Shown here piece after piece: positions 37,185-50,514 of a stretch of DNA of 64,000 nt; position 1 is the stretch's first letter, and each line of letters opens with the position of its first letter. Under the pieces are notes generated by a model. That model ran no database searches and was not told the DNA's origin. It was given only the letters and a program-made list of their open reading frames with translations. Source of the DNA: Raillietiella orientalis (Eukaryota). The position numbers were made by a program, and so were the translations under genes. The stretch is taken from NCBI GenBank assembly GCA_036172245.1, contig JAYWIR010000029.1, forward strand, positions 1,798,001 through 1,862,000, given 5' to 3'.

Positions 37185-37760
37185 CTAGGACCCGGTTCCC
37201 TTCGGGGTTTCTCTCCGATTGTGCGAGTGGAGCCGTACCATGGAGATGGTTGGTACCTCTCCAGAATGTCAGAAGCGCGCTGCTCCCGTCGGGAAGTGGA
37301 CCCTTCAGAGAAATTGCGAAGCGTCCCTTCGGGGTTCTCTTCAGAGGAGGAATCATGAAACGGATCCTTCGGAGAAGAAATAATCGAGCGGTCTCCTCCA
37401 AGGGATCCCTCTGGTGAGAATAAGAAGAGGTTCCTTCGTGGGTTCCTTTCGGAGACAACCAGGGCGAGGGTTCCCTTCATGGTTCCCTAACAAGCGTAGG
37501 AGGAAAGGACTCCTCCGAAGCCCTTCTCGGATTCATAGGATGTCCCTCCGAAAGTTCTCTCGGAGAGAGATGACAGACACTCTCGAGTGCCATGGATAGC
37601 ATTAAAAAGACTTTAGCTTAGGTTAGGTTAAGTTCGGTTCTCTCGCAGGTTCCCTTCGGAGACAACCAGAGAGAGGCGAGCAGCTCTTCAGCACTTGGCG
37701 AACCAAAAAACAGAAAAGAAAAGAAAAGCTGGAAGGAAAGTAGAGAAAACAGAAGAACTG
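37185..37760 (-). mobile_element. Repeat H copy H4 (truncated before the target site)
   Basis: AGCGTCCCTTCGGGGTTCTCTT, CAACCAGGGCGAGGGTTC and ACTTGGCGAACCAAAAAA...CTGGAAGGAA are shared with H3. Confidence 0.75.
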
Positions 37761-38730
37761 CAAGTGAGTCTTCCTTCTTCCCTACCAACTTTTGAGGATT
37801 TTTTTTTCTGCCGCCGAGCTAGAAGAATTCGTTTCCTTGCAGCAAGTGGAATGTTCACCCCGCATCTTCCCCTATGAGAAATAGCTCCGGGATAAGTGCG
37901 TCGCCGGATCACTGAGGCACCTCTTACGTAGGCGAGCATCTGGAAAGCATCAGGATGGATGAAAGCCCTCTTCTGTCTCAGTCACCTCGCCCAGCTCTCC
38001 AGTGGTCAAAAACGAGCGGCTGTCCCCGTGAGATTCCATGCCGTTTAGAGGAGGAGGAGCAGCACCTTGCTTCACGAGGCCCCCTTCGCTCTCCATCTGT
38101 CGTTGTGGATCACTAGCAGGAAGGTCGTCTCCGTTCTTCTTGTCTCCCTCGTCGGTCACTCGGAGAAACAAACGAACGCACCAGAGGGAGGGTTAAGGGT
38201 CTCGGACGAGAGGGTGGGATCCGTAACAGCCAAGCATCGCTCGGAACCTTCTAGTGGATCCTTTCCTTAGCATCTGCAAATCACTTGACCATCCTTTTCG
38301 TTTCCTGGGGAACACGCTGTCCCCCTTCTGCTGCCAAGAATTGGAATCTGACACGGCCGATAAGCAGGAGAGCCTCTTCTAAGGAAGACTTCTCCTCTGC
38401 GTGCTCTGAGATCAGTACGCCACGTACGACACTTCAGCTCCCGAATGAACTCCAACGAGTCCGAGGTTTCTCAGGTCGATTACCTTCCCTAAGTCTAACT
38501 TTCAATAACGGAAGGGACAATGAGGAATGGGAGAGAGGCCCCGTTTCTTTCCTTCCTGTCCTTCTTCGCCAAGGTCTCAGACAAACAAGCCACAATTCTT
38601 CTTTGAACGATATTCTCAGCTTGCCTCTCGGAAGCACAGGACTGAATACAGAGGATGGTTCCCTTCCCTGTCTTCCCTGATGCATTCTCTTTACCTCCGG
38701 AAGAGAATGGCAGCAGCCAACTAGAGATAG

Positions 38731-40267
38731 ATGTCCACTTGCACTACCATAGGAATGAAGTTCGTGCCCCCCACCCTCTTCCGCCCCCTGCTTTTTGTTT
38801 GCTCAACATCGAAAAATATAAAGAGGCGGACGAAGGACCTCCTGAGAATCGCCCTGTGGGCACAGGGAGGTCCCGATTCCGCTCTGAAGGACTTGTGTGC
38901 TCCGTGTGATGGCGGAGGCTTCATCTCCCTGACTCCGAAGCACCTGGAGCGGCAGTTTCCGTGGAGGACATCTGCCCTAGTAGCGAAGCTTTGGAGCACT
39001 AACTGGTACGAGCCCGCACTATACCTGGTCAAGCGAGCCACCGGCTACGCGGGACTGTCTTCGTTCCTGGCACGGCGGCGCAAATGCAACGTGTCCAGCT
39101 GCGGACTGGAGCTCTGGCGGGTGGCCAAGCTGACCAAGACTAGCAACTGGATCTTCTGCCAGCCCGCGAACGGTAGTGCCTGGAGGCAGGAAACCGTTCG
39201 CACGTGGGTCAAGAACAGCGAAGCGAGTCTGGAGATGCGGCAGCGACTGCGACATTTCTTCTAGAACAAGCGCTCTTCTACAGGACCTCATCCTGCAGCC
39301 CACCACGCGTGCGTGGGCAGACAGGACCTCCCTAGTCACGGCACTGCCCTCCCTCAGGGAGCACCTGGACAGTAACCAGCTTGCCAAATGGGAGGTCTGT
39401 TGCGAAGTCAGTCAGAAGACGAGGGAACTAGGTGGTTGGACCACGGGCCAGCTCACGGACGCTGCGATCCCAAGTGTCCCACCGAATTGCGCTGGGGTGA
39501 GCTGCTGGGAATCCCGCAGGAAGGTCTCGGGTGGCAGGCCCAGCGCTGAAGAACAACCGGGCTCTCCCCCCTAAGTGGCAGGAGTCGGCACTTCTGCTGT
39601 TGCACTGGGGTCTCTCGTGCAACGTCCGCCGGTCTCACTGGACCCGGGTGGCTGTGGACCCGAACCGTTGCAGGTGCGGGGAACGGAAATCTCAGCTCTC
39701 GCACCTGCTTGTATACTATGTTGCCCTCTGGCCCCTGTGATTGCGTTACGCAACGGTCCTTGGTGCACCGACGGACAATCCCAGGGACGTGACGAAGTGC
39801 CTCTTCGTGCGCGATGCCCAGTAGCTCTTTGCTGCTGTCGCAAAGAGCTTCTCGGCCTTTTGGCTAAGATCAAACTACCTACGTGGGATTGTGGTGGCCT
39901 GGAGCTACGCAAGAGGAGGACGGCGCGATAGGGACGTCATCTGTTTCGCCTTGCTCTTCCTGTGGACGGCAGCAAGATGGCCCCACCTGGGGCATACTCG
40001 GATGGAACTTGCCGGTATCCTGGAAAGGATGCAGAGGACGCCCTCCAGTGGACAATGATATCTTCCCGTGCCCCACAGAGTTTTTTGTATTATTGCTTTT
40101 ATTTATTTTTATTTTTGTTTTCCCCTTCCCCCTCCACTGCCGAGGCGAACCTCGCTGGCCTGCGTGCCGGTTACTCGGCAGATTCCGAGCATTTTCGGAC
40201 AATGTAGGGCCGATGGCCGTTCTCATGTTTATTTTCTATAATGAACGCCCGAGGGATAGGCGTGACC
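38731..40267 (+). mobile_element. L3: decayed 3' 1.5 kb of the same LINE family
   Basis: LRIALWAQGG...LCAPCDGGG (L1/Tx1 post-RT P..GGLG-like motif), QETVRTW, DRTSLVTALPSLREH, KWQESALLLLHWGLSCNVRRSHW...DPNRCRCGERKSQLSHLL; same 3'UTR as L1. Confidence 0.82.
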
Positions 40268-43200
40268 AACGCCTCCTCAGTAGTTGGATGACGAGCCAGA
40301 TGGATGACATAGACTGTGGGCCGGAAGATTGCTACGTAGGGAGGACCTGAAGGGTTTCATCTAAGAGGATGTCGTGGTCTTTCTTCTGTGCAAGGTCAGC
40401 CTCGTTCTGCAGTCTCCGCACTCTTTCTCTGCACTCAACAGACGATGGATCCACAAGACTTTTACTGCACTGGAAGACCACGCACAACAGGCGCCTTGAT
40501 CTCATCACGGGTATGTGGAAGATTCTTCCCTAGACAACTACTCAGGGTACTTCTTTGTTCAAGATGGATACCTTGACTGGACTCTGCATTCACCATCATA
40601 TGCTGCTCTCGTGCAAGGGACAGTTCGTTGACTTGAGTTAGAGCCACGCCAGCCATACGATGCTCCTCCTGACCATTCTCCTGCTACGGGAGGCGAAGAC
40701 AGAAGACATCTCTCCTCTCCTCGGAAAGGACTGAGAGTCGCAAGGATCGGCGCTGGTGGTCCTCGCCCCAATTCTCTTCTACCCATCCATTTTGCTTGTA
40801 TATTTTCCCCTTTTTCTCTGTCACTCCAGACCTGTCTCTCCAGACCAGCCACACGTAGAACAGTATCCTTCCTGTTGCAAAGATCCTGGTGGGAACTCAT
40901 TTCCTACTTTATGTCTTTGTTTTTTCATGGGGAAATGAATGTTCCAAGGTAGCTGGCCAGGAAGTGAAGCTCTTTTCCTTCTGACGCCTATGCGCAAACA
41001 CTCTAACATCCGTGACCGCACTAACATTCCGAGATCTTCACGCTCGCTCAGAAGGGATGATGGCATCCACGGTATGAGAAAACTTTTGGAAGGCTGAATC
41101 GAGGTTGCCCGCAGAAGATCCAGTCTACCCCTCATTTTAGGGTCCACCACGTTCAGTCGCCTCTCCCTTCTACGTGCTCTCCGTGTACCATGGACCGATG
41201 TCGTGCGTACCCTTCCACGAACCACAGCCTGTCAGTTGCCTGGAAACGAATCTTCGGGCTTAACGGAAAGTACGAGGGGTGCTTTCAAAATTTCCTACCT
41301 TCCTGTTTGATACTTCTCCATGCTTCTCCATGTCCTTGAATTCAGTTCCCACGAGGAAGGGTTACCTCACGGGGATAATTTCAAATCTCCTCAGGAAGGG
41401 ACACCAGGAAGAGATTTAGAAACTCTTCTGATGCCTCCCCGCATTCCCAAGAAAACTTTCTTAGCTGCTTATTGATCCACTGCTTATGTCCTCTGCTCCT
41501 GAAGACTTTCGCCACCTTACCTTCCATTGCTTGCTCTTCCCGTTTTGTTTTGTTTCTTTGACTTGGAAGTTGCTCAGGATTCTAAACAGCAAGAGGAGTG
41601 CATTCGCAACACAACTCTTTTTCTCAGCACCCCCACCCTACGTTGCGGCCACAGAGTCAAACGACACACAGCTAAGGATCCTCACGTAACTGTCTCCTGG
41701 GAGCTTTTCCGGTGCTCCGACGCCATCTTTTCCGGTGGTTTCCGAGTCCTCCGCGGATAGGCTCTCTTCCAAAGATTCACCCTCATGCCGATGGTACGAT
41801 GGACCCGAGCACCGAAGGAAGGAAAAAAAAATCAACACGGTACGTGGAAGAGCCGCTCTGGAATCTGGATCTCGTGCGCTCCTTGAAAGTCCCCTGCGGC
41901 CAAGTACGCCTCCATACCTCCGGCCCGGATAAGACGGCGCTGCTTCTTCGCGTCACCCGATCCTCTTGACGGCATCTCGGATCGATCTTGCCCATCGGAA
42001 CAACGAGCTTCTGCTAACGGATCTGAAGGTGGCCCGACCTTCAAACGAACGAACTGGTCCAGACTCACCGCTGAAAAAAAAGGGTTTGCTGGCACGCGCT
42101 CAAGCTTTGGCACGGATAAGGAACGTCTCCAAGGCAACGAGGGGAAATTCCCGATTGCAGTAGCAAAGCGAATCCAGGGAGGAGAGAGAAAGCGCTGACA
42201 ACAACCAAACGACGATCGTAGACGTGCAGACAGCGAAATGAGATTGGGCGCGAGCCAGCACCGAAACCACGGTGGATGTCTTTCAGCGTCTTGGCCTTCT
42301 TACTCCCCCACGCTCGGGAAAGACATCGCAAAGAATCGCCGCAGAAGATGCTCTGGGCCCAAGGCTCGCTTGCAACCGCCGTAGGTCTCGTTGCTCACGA
42401 GCGGAGGGCGAAGAAACAGTTCAGTCTAGGAGGTGAATGACAAGGAAAGGGTCCATAGGGCTGCCCGTGGATTCACCCGCACCAGTCCCTCCCTCCCTAT
42501 CTCTTGTCCTACCCAGATCTTCGGGAATCACGTTCGTTGATGTGAGGCCGATCCACCCTATTTATTCTCTTTTTTTTTTTTCTGTTGGCGTTCCCTTCGT
42601 CCTACTTCCGTCTCCCCAGAGGAGTTCCTCTCGCATCAGGACGGCATAGGCGGTTTTTGTACAATCGTACAGATGGAAATCCCGGAAATCCAGGGTGAGG
42701 AAGTTGGAGCCCATCGAGGAAACGTTCCTGGTTCCCGCGTCCGCACTCTGGAGACTCTGTGCTCCCAGCAGAGCCCCTGGCAACCGGAATCTCGCGCGCA
42801 GTCAGCCCCAGCCACGAGTCGAAGCGACCGAGCCCGTCCCGGGTCACCGTCGTTCCGGGAGGAAAACTCCGGAAACCGAGAGTGTGTGCTGAGCATCCCA
42901 GCGCGCTTCGTTCGCGCCCGCGCTCCTTCCCACGCGCGGCAGAGACGAGGAAGAATCTCGCGGCCCTTCTGGAGCCGCCGTAAGTCTCGGAGCGCGGAGG
43001 GAGGGGGCGGCAGCGACTTCCCCTCTGAGAGCGGATGAAGGGGCGGTGGGAGTTCCGAGGAGCCACCACCGGAAATTTCCCACCGTGAGTTTTCCTGCGG
43101 AAAGCGGAAGGGGAGGGGCGCCCTCCTCGTCTTCCCCCTCCACTGTAGCAGGCGGACGGAGCGCTGCTGCTTCAAGGACACGCAGAGATGCTGCGTCCGT

Positions 43201-44499
43201 CAGGAAATCCTTCGAGGATGCCGACGATGGCAGCTCCTCGCGCAGGAAACTCTCGACGACTGTCGCTCGGTGCCACTCCGGACGCACGCCCTCCCTTCGC
43301 TTCCCACAGACGGCGAGCGGCGAGGGAGAGGCATCCCGAGGGATCGGACAAGCAGAAACTGGGGATCCCGAGCCACCTTGCGCCTGCGCGCGTCCCCGCT
43401 TCCTTGCTCCGACCGCGCCCCTCTTCCAACATCCTCCAGCTTTCCGAACTTCTACAAAGGACAGATTCTCAATGGAGCATCCGGCAAAGTTGCCTCTGGT
43501 TCGTCCGCGGAAGGACCCCTAAGCTGCGAGCGTTGCTCCGCTTTTCATCAGGAGCAATCTGCAAAAGATCCAGATCCGACTTCCGTTTCACAACTCTTTA
43601 TTGCATCACGGCGATCAATTCCCCTCCTCCTCTGCCTCCTCCTCCTCTTGAAGGAAAATGGAAAAAAAAAAAAAGATAGATGAACCCACAGCAAGATGGG
43701 GAGGAGAAAAAAAAATACTTACGTGGCGCAATCGTTTGACGTATTTGGAATGTCTAATGGCAGGAGGAAGATGGAAAGGACCAAAATAGGAAGAGGCGTA
43801 CACAATGCGGAAGCTCCGGATGCTGGGTGTGACGTGTGTATTTTTCTTTTTTCTTTGCCTTTCGCTAGAGAGGAGCAGGGATGGACGTCCTGAGATTTAC
43901 GCCCGTCACGAGCAACGGACGCACTCGGTCGCGAGCGCGAGGCTATCATGGCGCCACCTACGCCCTCACAGCTGGCTTTCTGCAGAGAAAGCTCGGGAGA
44001 GCGGCCGCCCACCGCGCTGCGATCGCCGCTGCCCTGCTCCCGCCATCCCCGGCAAGCAGGGGAACTTCGTGGCAACGTCAGCACCGCCGTGGGGATTCTC
44101 TCACCGAGTTCCGTGGTCCTCGAAGGATCCTCGATGCTCTGCTAGGGGTCTCCCTCAGTTTCTCCTTCTGCTTCCCACCCTCAGCTCCCCTGGTTCCGGG
44201 AAAGAAGAATGTGGCTTTCCGGAAGGTCCCCTCTCCTTCCTTTCCATGTATCGCCGCCCCCCGAACGCCGGATGGTTCCAAGCAGGCAGCTCCTTGAAAG
44301 TCGGGTTCCCTCCCTCGGGAGCGATGCGAGAGAGTCCAGATCCGCATCTGACGGGTGGGGGAAGGAGGCGACGCGTGCCGGGAAAGGAAAAATTCCCGGG
44401 AGGAGCGGCTCCGGGAAAAACGGAACGCTCGAAAACTCCGAGACGACGGAATCGATCGACTTTTCGGAGAGGGTCCGACCCGACCTCCGTCCCCTAGCG

Positions 44500-44700
44500 G
44501 GAAGGAGGCTCGCGCGACCACCGGAAGAAGCAATTCTTCAAGGTTTAGGGAATGAATGCCTCGGGAGGGGACCACCCTGTGAACTCGGGAAGACTTCGGA
44601 GGAAGGAGTCCGTTCCTCCCTCGCGAGGCTGGGTGGCAACTCCGGAGGGGACCGCCTCTTCCTTGTTCCCTCCGGAGGGGCTCCCTCGAAGCATGTGGTA
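44500..44700 (+). mobile_element. Repeat H copy H5 (short internal fragment)
   Basis: GGGGACCACCCTGTGAACTCGGGAAG...GGAGTCCGTTCCTC matches 25090-25142. Confidence 0.55.
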
Positions 44701-47700
44701 CTGCGGGAGCACCACGGAACAGGTCCCGAGGAACGAACTGGGTGGGGGACGCCCAAATCACCCGTGCGGATCGCTTAGCTTCCGACCTATTTTTCGCATG
44801 GGCTCTCGAGATCTCACGTGGGGGGAGGAGGGGGAGGGAACACGAAGGAAGCCCGTGAAGTTCTCGTCCATCTCTTCGTCTACCTGCCTCCTTCCGGCCG
44901 TGCCCACCACTGTTCGGCTACGCAAGGTCACACGCCCAAACGCGATCGCGCTTCCTCCTTCCTCGCGAACGTTTATCTTCATCTCCCGGGAAACTCTCTC
45001 TGCCTTGATCTGGCGAGTTATGAGTGCTCCGGAAGGACCTTCTGCCATTCCGAAAATACGCGGCTGATGGCTATCTGCCGCCGCGAAAGGCTGCCGGCGG
45101 CGCGCGTTCCCTAGCAGAGCGCCGCCTTCCCCGAGAGTTCCGCAAACGGCAGCGGCAGGTCCCAAAGCCGAGGTCGGAAACCGGGATTTCCGCTCCGCTC
45201 TGACGGTGCCGACTCCGCGAGGAGAGGAAAGGAAACGCGGTTTCAGGACTCTCTCTGCTTTCTTCAGAGCCCGCAACTGCTACCCCCCCTTCCCCCCAGC
45301 ATCTCTACGGGCATCTCCGAGCCGTCCCGGCTCGCTCAGAGAGAGGAACAGGAGCGGCATTTTTTTCCCTGGAGTGTCGGCAGGAACTGGCGCACGCCCC
45401 GTGGGAGCATCGCGAGGTGAAACCACAGGAACGCTCCTCATGAGTGCTCCCAGCCCAAGGAGCGGCGGCAGCGTCACCTCCGCGACTCTCCCACGCCCTT
45501 AGAGACGGAGCTGAGGCCATTCTCCAGAGCAAGACGAACGGCGCTCTCCCCCGTTTGCGAGGAGGAGACTCGGGGACCTGGGAGTTCTCTGGGAGTGGTC
45601 CCAGAGAACGAATAGGTCCCTCATTCGGTTAAGCGGTCTCCCGTCCCTCGCCTCGAAAGGCAAGTGCAGGTTCGTGATTTTCCCTCTTTGCGAAAGGAAT
45701 CAGCTTCCCTTGAACATGAAACGCATGACCATTGAGAGATGACAGCATCCCGCGAGGGCGTGACCACTTCTTTGTTTCGGGAGGGTACCGATCTTTTGGC
45801 TAAGATCAAAGTGTTACCTGGATGAGGAGAACGTGAGGGCGCCGCGCCGACGTGGTCCACCAGACGCCATCTACAAGACGCCTTCCACTGGCCAGCCGTG
45901 CGAACGTGCGGCGCAACGTTCCCCGCCAGTACGCGCTGCGCTCGCGCGCCCCACGTTCCCTTCTTCAACGCACACTCACGACCGCGTTTCACGCGACGGG
46001 AACGCTCACTCCTATCTTTTGTCTGACCGTCTTCACCGGCAACCCTCGGCCAAGTCTTCCTCCTCCTCGTTTCTTCGCTCTCTTGCACTTGAGGACCACC
46101 GAACCTGAGCTGACGCTACGTCCTCGACGATGCTGGGGTTCCTACGTGGAAGCGAACAAGGAAAAACATCCCTTTAGTAGGCTGGATTTCTCAGAGACAG
46201 GACAGGACAGCCTGAGAGCTCCTCAGACTCTCCGCACGAAAAGTTGACCCTCTCCCGGTCTCCAGGAAAAACACGAGGTATGCCAGCGAAGGTCGGTTTT
46301 GGATAAAAACCTGGGAAACAATCCGGTTTCCGAATCCTCCAACAGATACGTGAAGCGAAGGATTGCGTTTCCAGGGAAGGATTTCCACCTCATCCCTGGG
46401 GATGTCACGTGCACGACAGCTGTGCGGAAGCCTAACTTGTGTGACTCAACGGAAGTCGCGCAAGTTATCAGTTGGCCTTCAGAGAACTCCCTTGCTCCGG
46501 GAAAGGCTGATAAGGAAGAACAGGAACAGTAGATGGTGCTCTGGGCGCGCTCAGTCGGGCCGCTGGAAGTCGGTTTTCCCCTTCTGTGAACACGCGGAAG
46601 ACACGGAGGCGGCCGCTGATTTCCTCATCACGAAGTGTGCAATATCCCGGGACCATCTTCCCACGATGTCCGTGCCTGCGATTCCCCCCCTCTCCCCAGT
46701 TTGCACTGCCTCCGCGAGGAAGAGCTGACTCGGTTTCGTCGTCGTCTCCAGCTTCCTTTTTCTTGCGTGCGTTGCGTCTGTTGGCTCGCCTACTCTGCCC
46801 TGACTGTGTCGGTACTGCGTGGTCCACCTTGTGGTGGCAGAAGCGTGCCTGGGTCGCCCTCCGAAAGGTCGCAGCCTGCCGTGCTATCGGCGTGATGTTG
46901 AAGATTGCCTGGAGGCAAGTCGAATCTGGCACGTCCACATTTCTCGCAGCATTCTCACCGAGATGGTTCTTCCACGAAGCTACAGAAGCAATTACTTTAT
47001 GCTTCAGGAAAACTCCCTGGTAACCATTTCGCGACCTTCGATTGCTCCGCCTCCTATAGCCTTCTGGCTTCCGCTACTGCTTCCGCTTCTCAGCTACCTT
47101 TTTTTTCTTCTTCTTTTCTTTTTTTCGATCGGTGTAATCCTCAATACGCGGAAGGCTCCGGGATGAAGTCGCGAGCATGTCTTCTGGATCGAGTTCTGTC
47201 TACCTTGCAGGCGCCATTCTGCGTGATGGACGGACAAGAACCCCTTGGAAGAAGGGATCTGGGTCCTCGAATTGGACTTTCATTGTCGTTCGAGAGGACA
47301 TGACCAATACTGGACCCCTCTTCCTAGATCCAGCCTAACAGATGGGTCCCTGAGTTGCCCCTTTCAACAATCCTCACAAGAAGGGGGAAGTCGAAGGACG
47401 AGTCCAAACACAATCCTCCATCCCCACGCTGTCTTGAACCCCCATGGTCTCCTTCTCTAGGTTGCGACCGCGTGACGTTGCACCCAACCTCAGCATGGAA
47501 AACCTGAAAAAAACTCATTCATCTCAGCTCTGAATCACCCACTTCAAAAAAAAAAAAAAACCTTTTACATTCGTAACTGCAGGAGTCGCCCTACCTTCAA
47601 GGGGAAACGCAATGCACAAAAAAAAATGAACCTTCGAAACCCTTTTTAACACCCGGGACGACCACTTCAGGACCCAGGGGTCTTTCTGTCACCCGTCGAG

Positions 47701-48029
47701 AGAGTTCCGGCATCCGCCCATTCCTTTCAAGCTCAGTCGCCGAGGTGAGGGTCAACTTCTAACGAACAAGTCTCCTCACTCGATCCCACATCCAGAAGAT
47801 TCTTTTCTATCGGAAAATTCAGTCCCTCTCCAACAGTCGAGTTTCCGGCATCGACCCTCTGGACGCGAGAAAGGAAAGCCCACGCCGCCTGTTGGAAATG
47901 AAGCGGATTGCCTCGGGACACAAAGCTTCCCTCAGGAGAGACCCTTCCATACGAATAATCCACTCCCTCGTCTCCTGGATCTCGCTCAAGTTTATGACCT
48001 TCGCGGGACTTCTCTGACTCTTGCCCTCG

Positions 48030-48770
48030 TGGGAGGCCATGTGGTCATAGTCTCCGCCCCACGTGACACCAAGTGTTGCAGGTTCGAATACTCGGAAAGA
48101 ATCGACACCGAAAGATGTGGGGTGCATCCTGGGTTCGGGCTCCTCCCGCAAGATGACGCTGGTAATCCTGCATTCGGTGCGGTACTGGTAGCTGGAAAAC
48201 CGGATGCTCCGATGAGTGGCCGGGATTGGGAGTTGACCCTCCAGGATTCTCCCAGAAAACGGAATCAGGGAGTCCAGTTCCCTACGGGGGAACTCCGTTG
48301 TGCGAAGGAGACGTCCCTCCCTGGGGGAGACCCTCCATCTCGTACCATGGAGCTGGTGGATTGATGATACTCCTCCAGAGTGCAAGAAACGCGCTGCCTC
48401 CTTTGAGGATCTCCCTTTAGAGAAAATCCGGAAGCATCCTTCCGGGGTTCTCTTCAGAGCAGGAAACAAGGAGTGGATCCTTTCCGAGTTCCTTTCGGAG
48501 AAGAAATGAGGAAGAGATTCCCTTCGGGGTCCCCTCCCAGGCGTCAGAGGAACAAAATCCTTTCTACGGAGCCCTTTCTGGACTCATAGGGTGGTCCCAT
48601 CTTGAAGAGTTAACCCGCACCCTCGGATAACGTGGAGCAGTGTGAGCCGACAGAACTGAGTGAGCCACTGCCAGGCGCGCGACGGTTCTTGAGGTACTTC
48701 TGCGGACCAAAAAAAAGGAAACTCGAAAAGAAAAAAAAAGAGCTAAGAGAAGGAGAACAGCGAAGACAGG
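48030..48770 (-). mobile_element. Repeat H copy H6 with an empty target site at 48176-48189
   Basis: Collinear with H1 and H3: CAAGATGACGCTGG, GATGAGTGGCCGGGA, CCATGGAGCTGGT, CTTGAAGAGTT, GGTTCTTGAG, A-rich end. Confidence 0.75.
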
Positions 48771-48829
48771 ATTTAAAATGATTTTCATCATCCTAGGCCA
48801 TGCTGCATAGCAGCAAAGAAGAAACTTCT

Positions 48830-49385
48830 GGGGGCGTGGACAACTCGGGAAGTGACGGCGACCCCGAGTGTCCCACCCCACGGACTTGTATGCTGGGAAG
48901 AGCTGCTGGGCATCCCTCCGCAGGATCCGAAGTGGCCCCCAGCATGCTGGAGCAGCGGCTCCCTCCCCCCCTCAAGTGGCAGCAGTTGGCGTTGCTGCTG
49001 CTGCATCAGGGGAATCCCATGTAAAGCGCGCCTACACCACTGGACCCTGGGGAGTGTGGGGTAAGGGAAACCCTCTCGTACCTGCGAGGGGCTCACATCG
49101 GGTCAACAGGAACTTGCCGGCATTGTTACAAGGATGCAAAGGACTCTCTCCAGCACGCAGTGATCTCTTCCCGAACCTCCCCATCTTTTGACTGTATGAT
49201 TTTTGTTTCATTTTTTTTCTTTTTGCTTGTCTCGCCTTCCTCTGTGCTGCCAAAGAGAACCTCCCTGTCCTGCGTGCCGGTTCTCTGAACGTTCCTTTTT
49301 GTAACTTGGCAGGACCCTTGGTCTTGCCACTGACTTGTATGTTTATTTTTTTACAAATAAACGCCCCGGCGCCACCAGGTGACAA
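48830..49385 (+). mobile_element. L4: internally deleted LINE 3' fragment
   Basis: LPPPLKWQQLALLLLHQGNP, then a jump to AACAGGAACTTGCCGGCAT and the 3'UTR GTATGTTTATTTTTT..AATAAACGCCC. Confidence 0.78.
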
Positions 49386-50514
49386 ACCAAGGCCGAAAAG
49401 AAGGTCTTGAGGCGTCCAACCGCCAGGCAGGGGTCCGAAATCTTGGACTTCGACCAGGAAGCCGTAAGCTCATCTTCCGTCGCTTCACCGCGCCGTAAGG
49501 TCGGCCGGAAGTCGAAGACTCCCCGGAAGCACGACCCCTCTGGAGAAGAAGTACAGGGGAAGAAAAAGAAGGGGTTAAGGAGATAGAAAGGGTCTAGTAG
49601 AAAAGGACTATGGAGAAGGGATACAGCCGGTCTCCGGAATCGAGGCAGCCATGAGCGTGGGAACGCGGGACTCCTCAACGGAGAAAGTCCCGCGCTCCGA
49701 TGCCGAGGGAAAGGAGACCAAGGGGACCGCTGAGGCGTTCCTGGCTCCCAATCCCCCTGAAGACTATCCGTCCCCTGCGCGGAAGGGTGCCCCTTTGCCA
49801 GTTTCCCAAGAATAAATCCCGGGCTCATCTCGCCGCCGGCTACGCCTGGTCCGTTGGAACGCCAACGGGCTGCGCAACGGCGGCAAGAGACGGGACGTAG
49901 CCTCCACTCTGCGAGACTTCGATTTGGTGCTGTTGCAGATCCACGTGATCTCCGCTCAGGAAGCCCAGGAAATCGAGAGAATCGCCAGTGGTAGGCTGCT
50001 CTCGATAGCTGCTGGTAGGCCCCTCGCAGTCCTCAGGATCAGGGGCGCGGCTAGAGGCAGTGCGGCACCACGCACGAAGACGCATTTCCAAATGTCCCTG
50101 GGGCCGCCTTCCGGGGTTCTTTGCCGCGTCCGCGAAAGCGTGACAGCCTGGAACGCGAGAGGAGACCGGAATGGCCGGCACGCCGTCCACTGGGCGCGGA
50201 TCTTCCTGAGGATCCCCTCGAGATGGTCCCACCTGGGCGAGACGCGGACAGAACTTGCCGGATCCTGCCTGAACAGGATGCAGAGGACACCTGGTAGCGT
50301 ATCGCGATCCCTTCCTCGGTTCCCCACCCCCTTCCCCGTTTTGTTTGTTTATTTTTTGTTTTTTTCCCCTCCCTCCTCGCTGCCGAAGCGGACCTCGTCG
50401 GTCTGCGTGTCGCTCTTCGGCAGGTTCATTGCACGTGGTAGAACCAACGGTTCTACCATACAAATACAATGTTATTATTTCATATAATAAATGCTCCGGC
50501 ATAACCAGCTGATA
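49386..50514 (+). mobile_element. L5: LINE copy with putative ORF1 remnant, APE endonuclease N-terminus (~49838-50030) fused by a large deletion to the ORF2 C-terminus and 3'UTR
   Basis: RLRLVRWNANGLRNGGKRRDVASTLRDFDLVLLQIH fits the APE start motif (xWNxNGL...KR...D...LQE/xH). Followed by WARIFLRIPSRWSHLG and the shared 3'UTR. Confidence 0.75.

Noticed and set aside
37613..37634. TTAGCTTAGGTTAGGTTAAG, resembling the TTAGG telomere repeat
   Set aside because: Only two perfect units; too short to call interstitial telomeric sequence.
46468..47023. Protein-like ORFs on both strands
   Set aside because: No motif, start context or splice structure could be supported.
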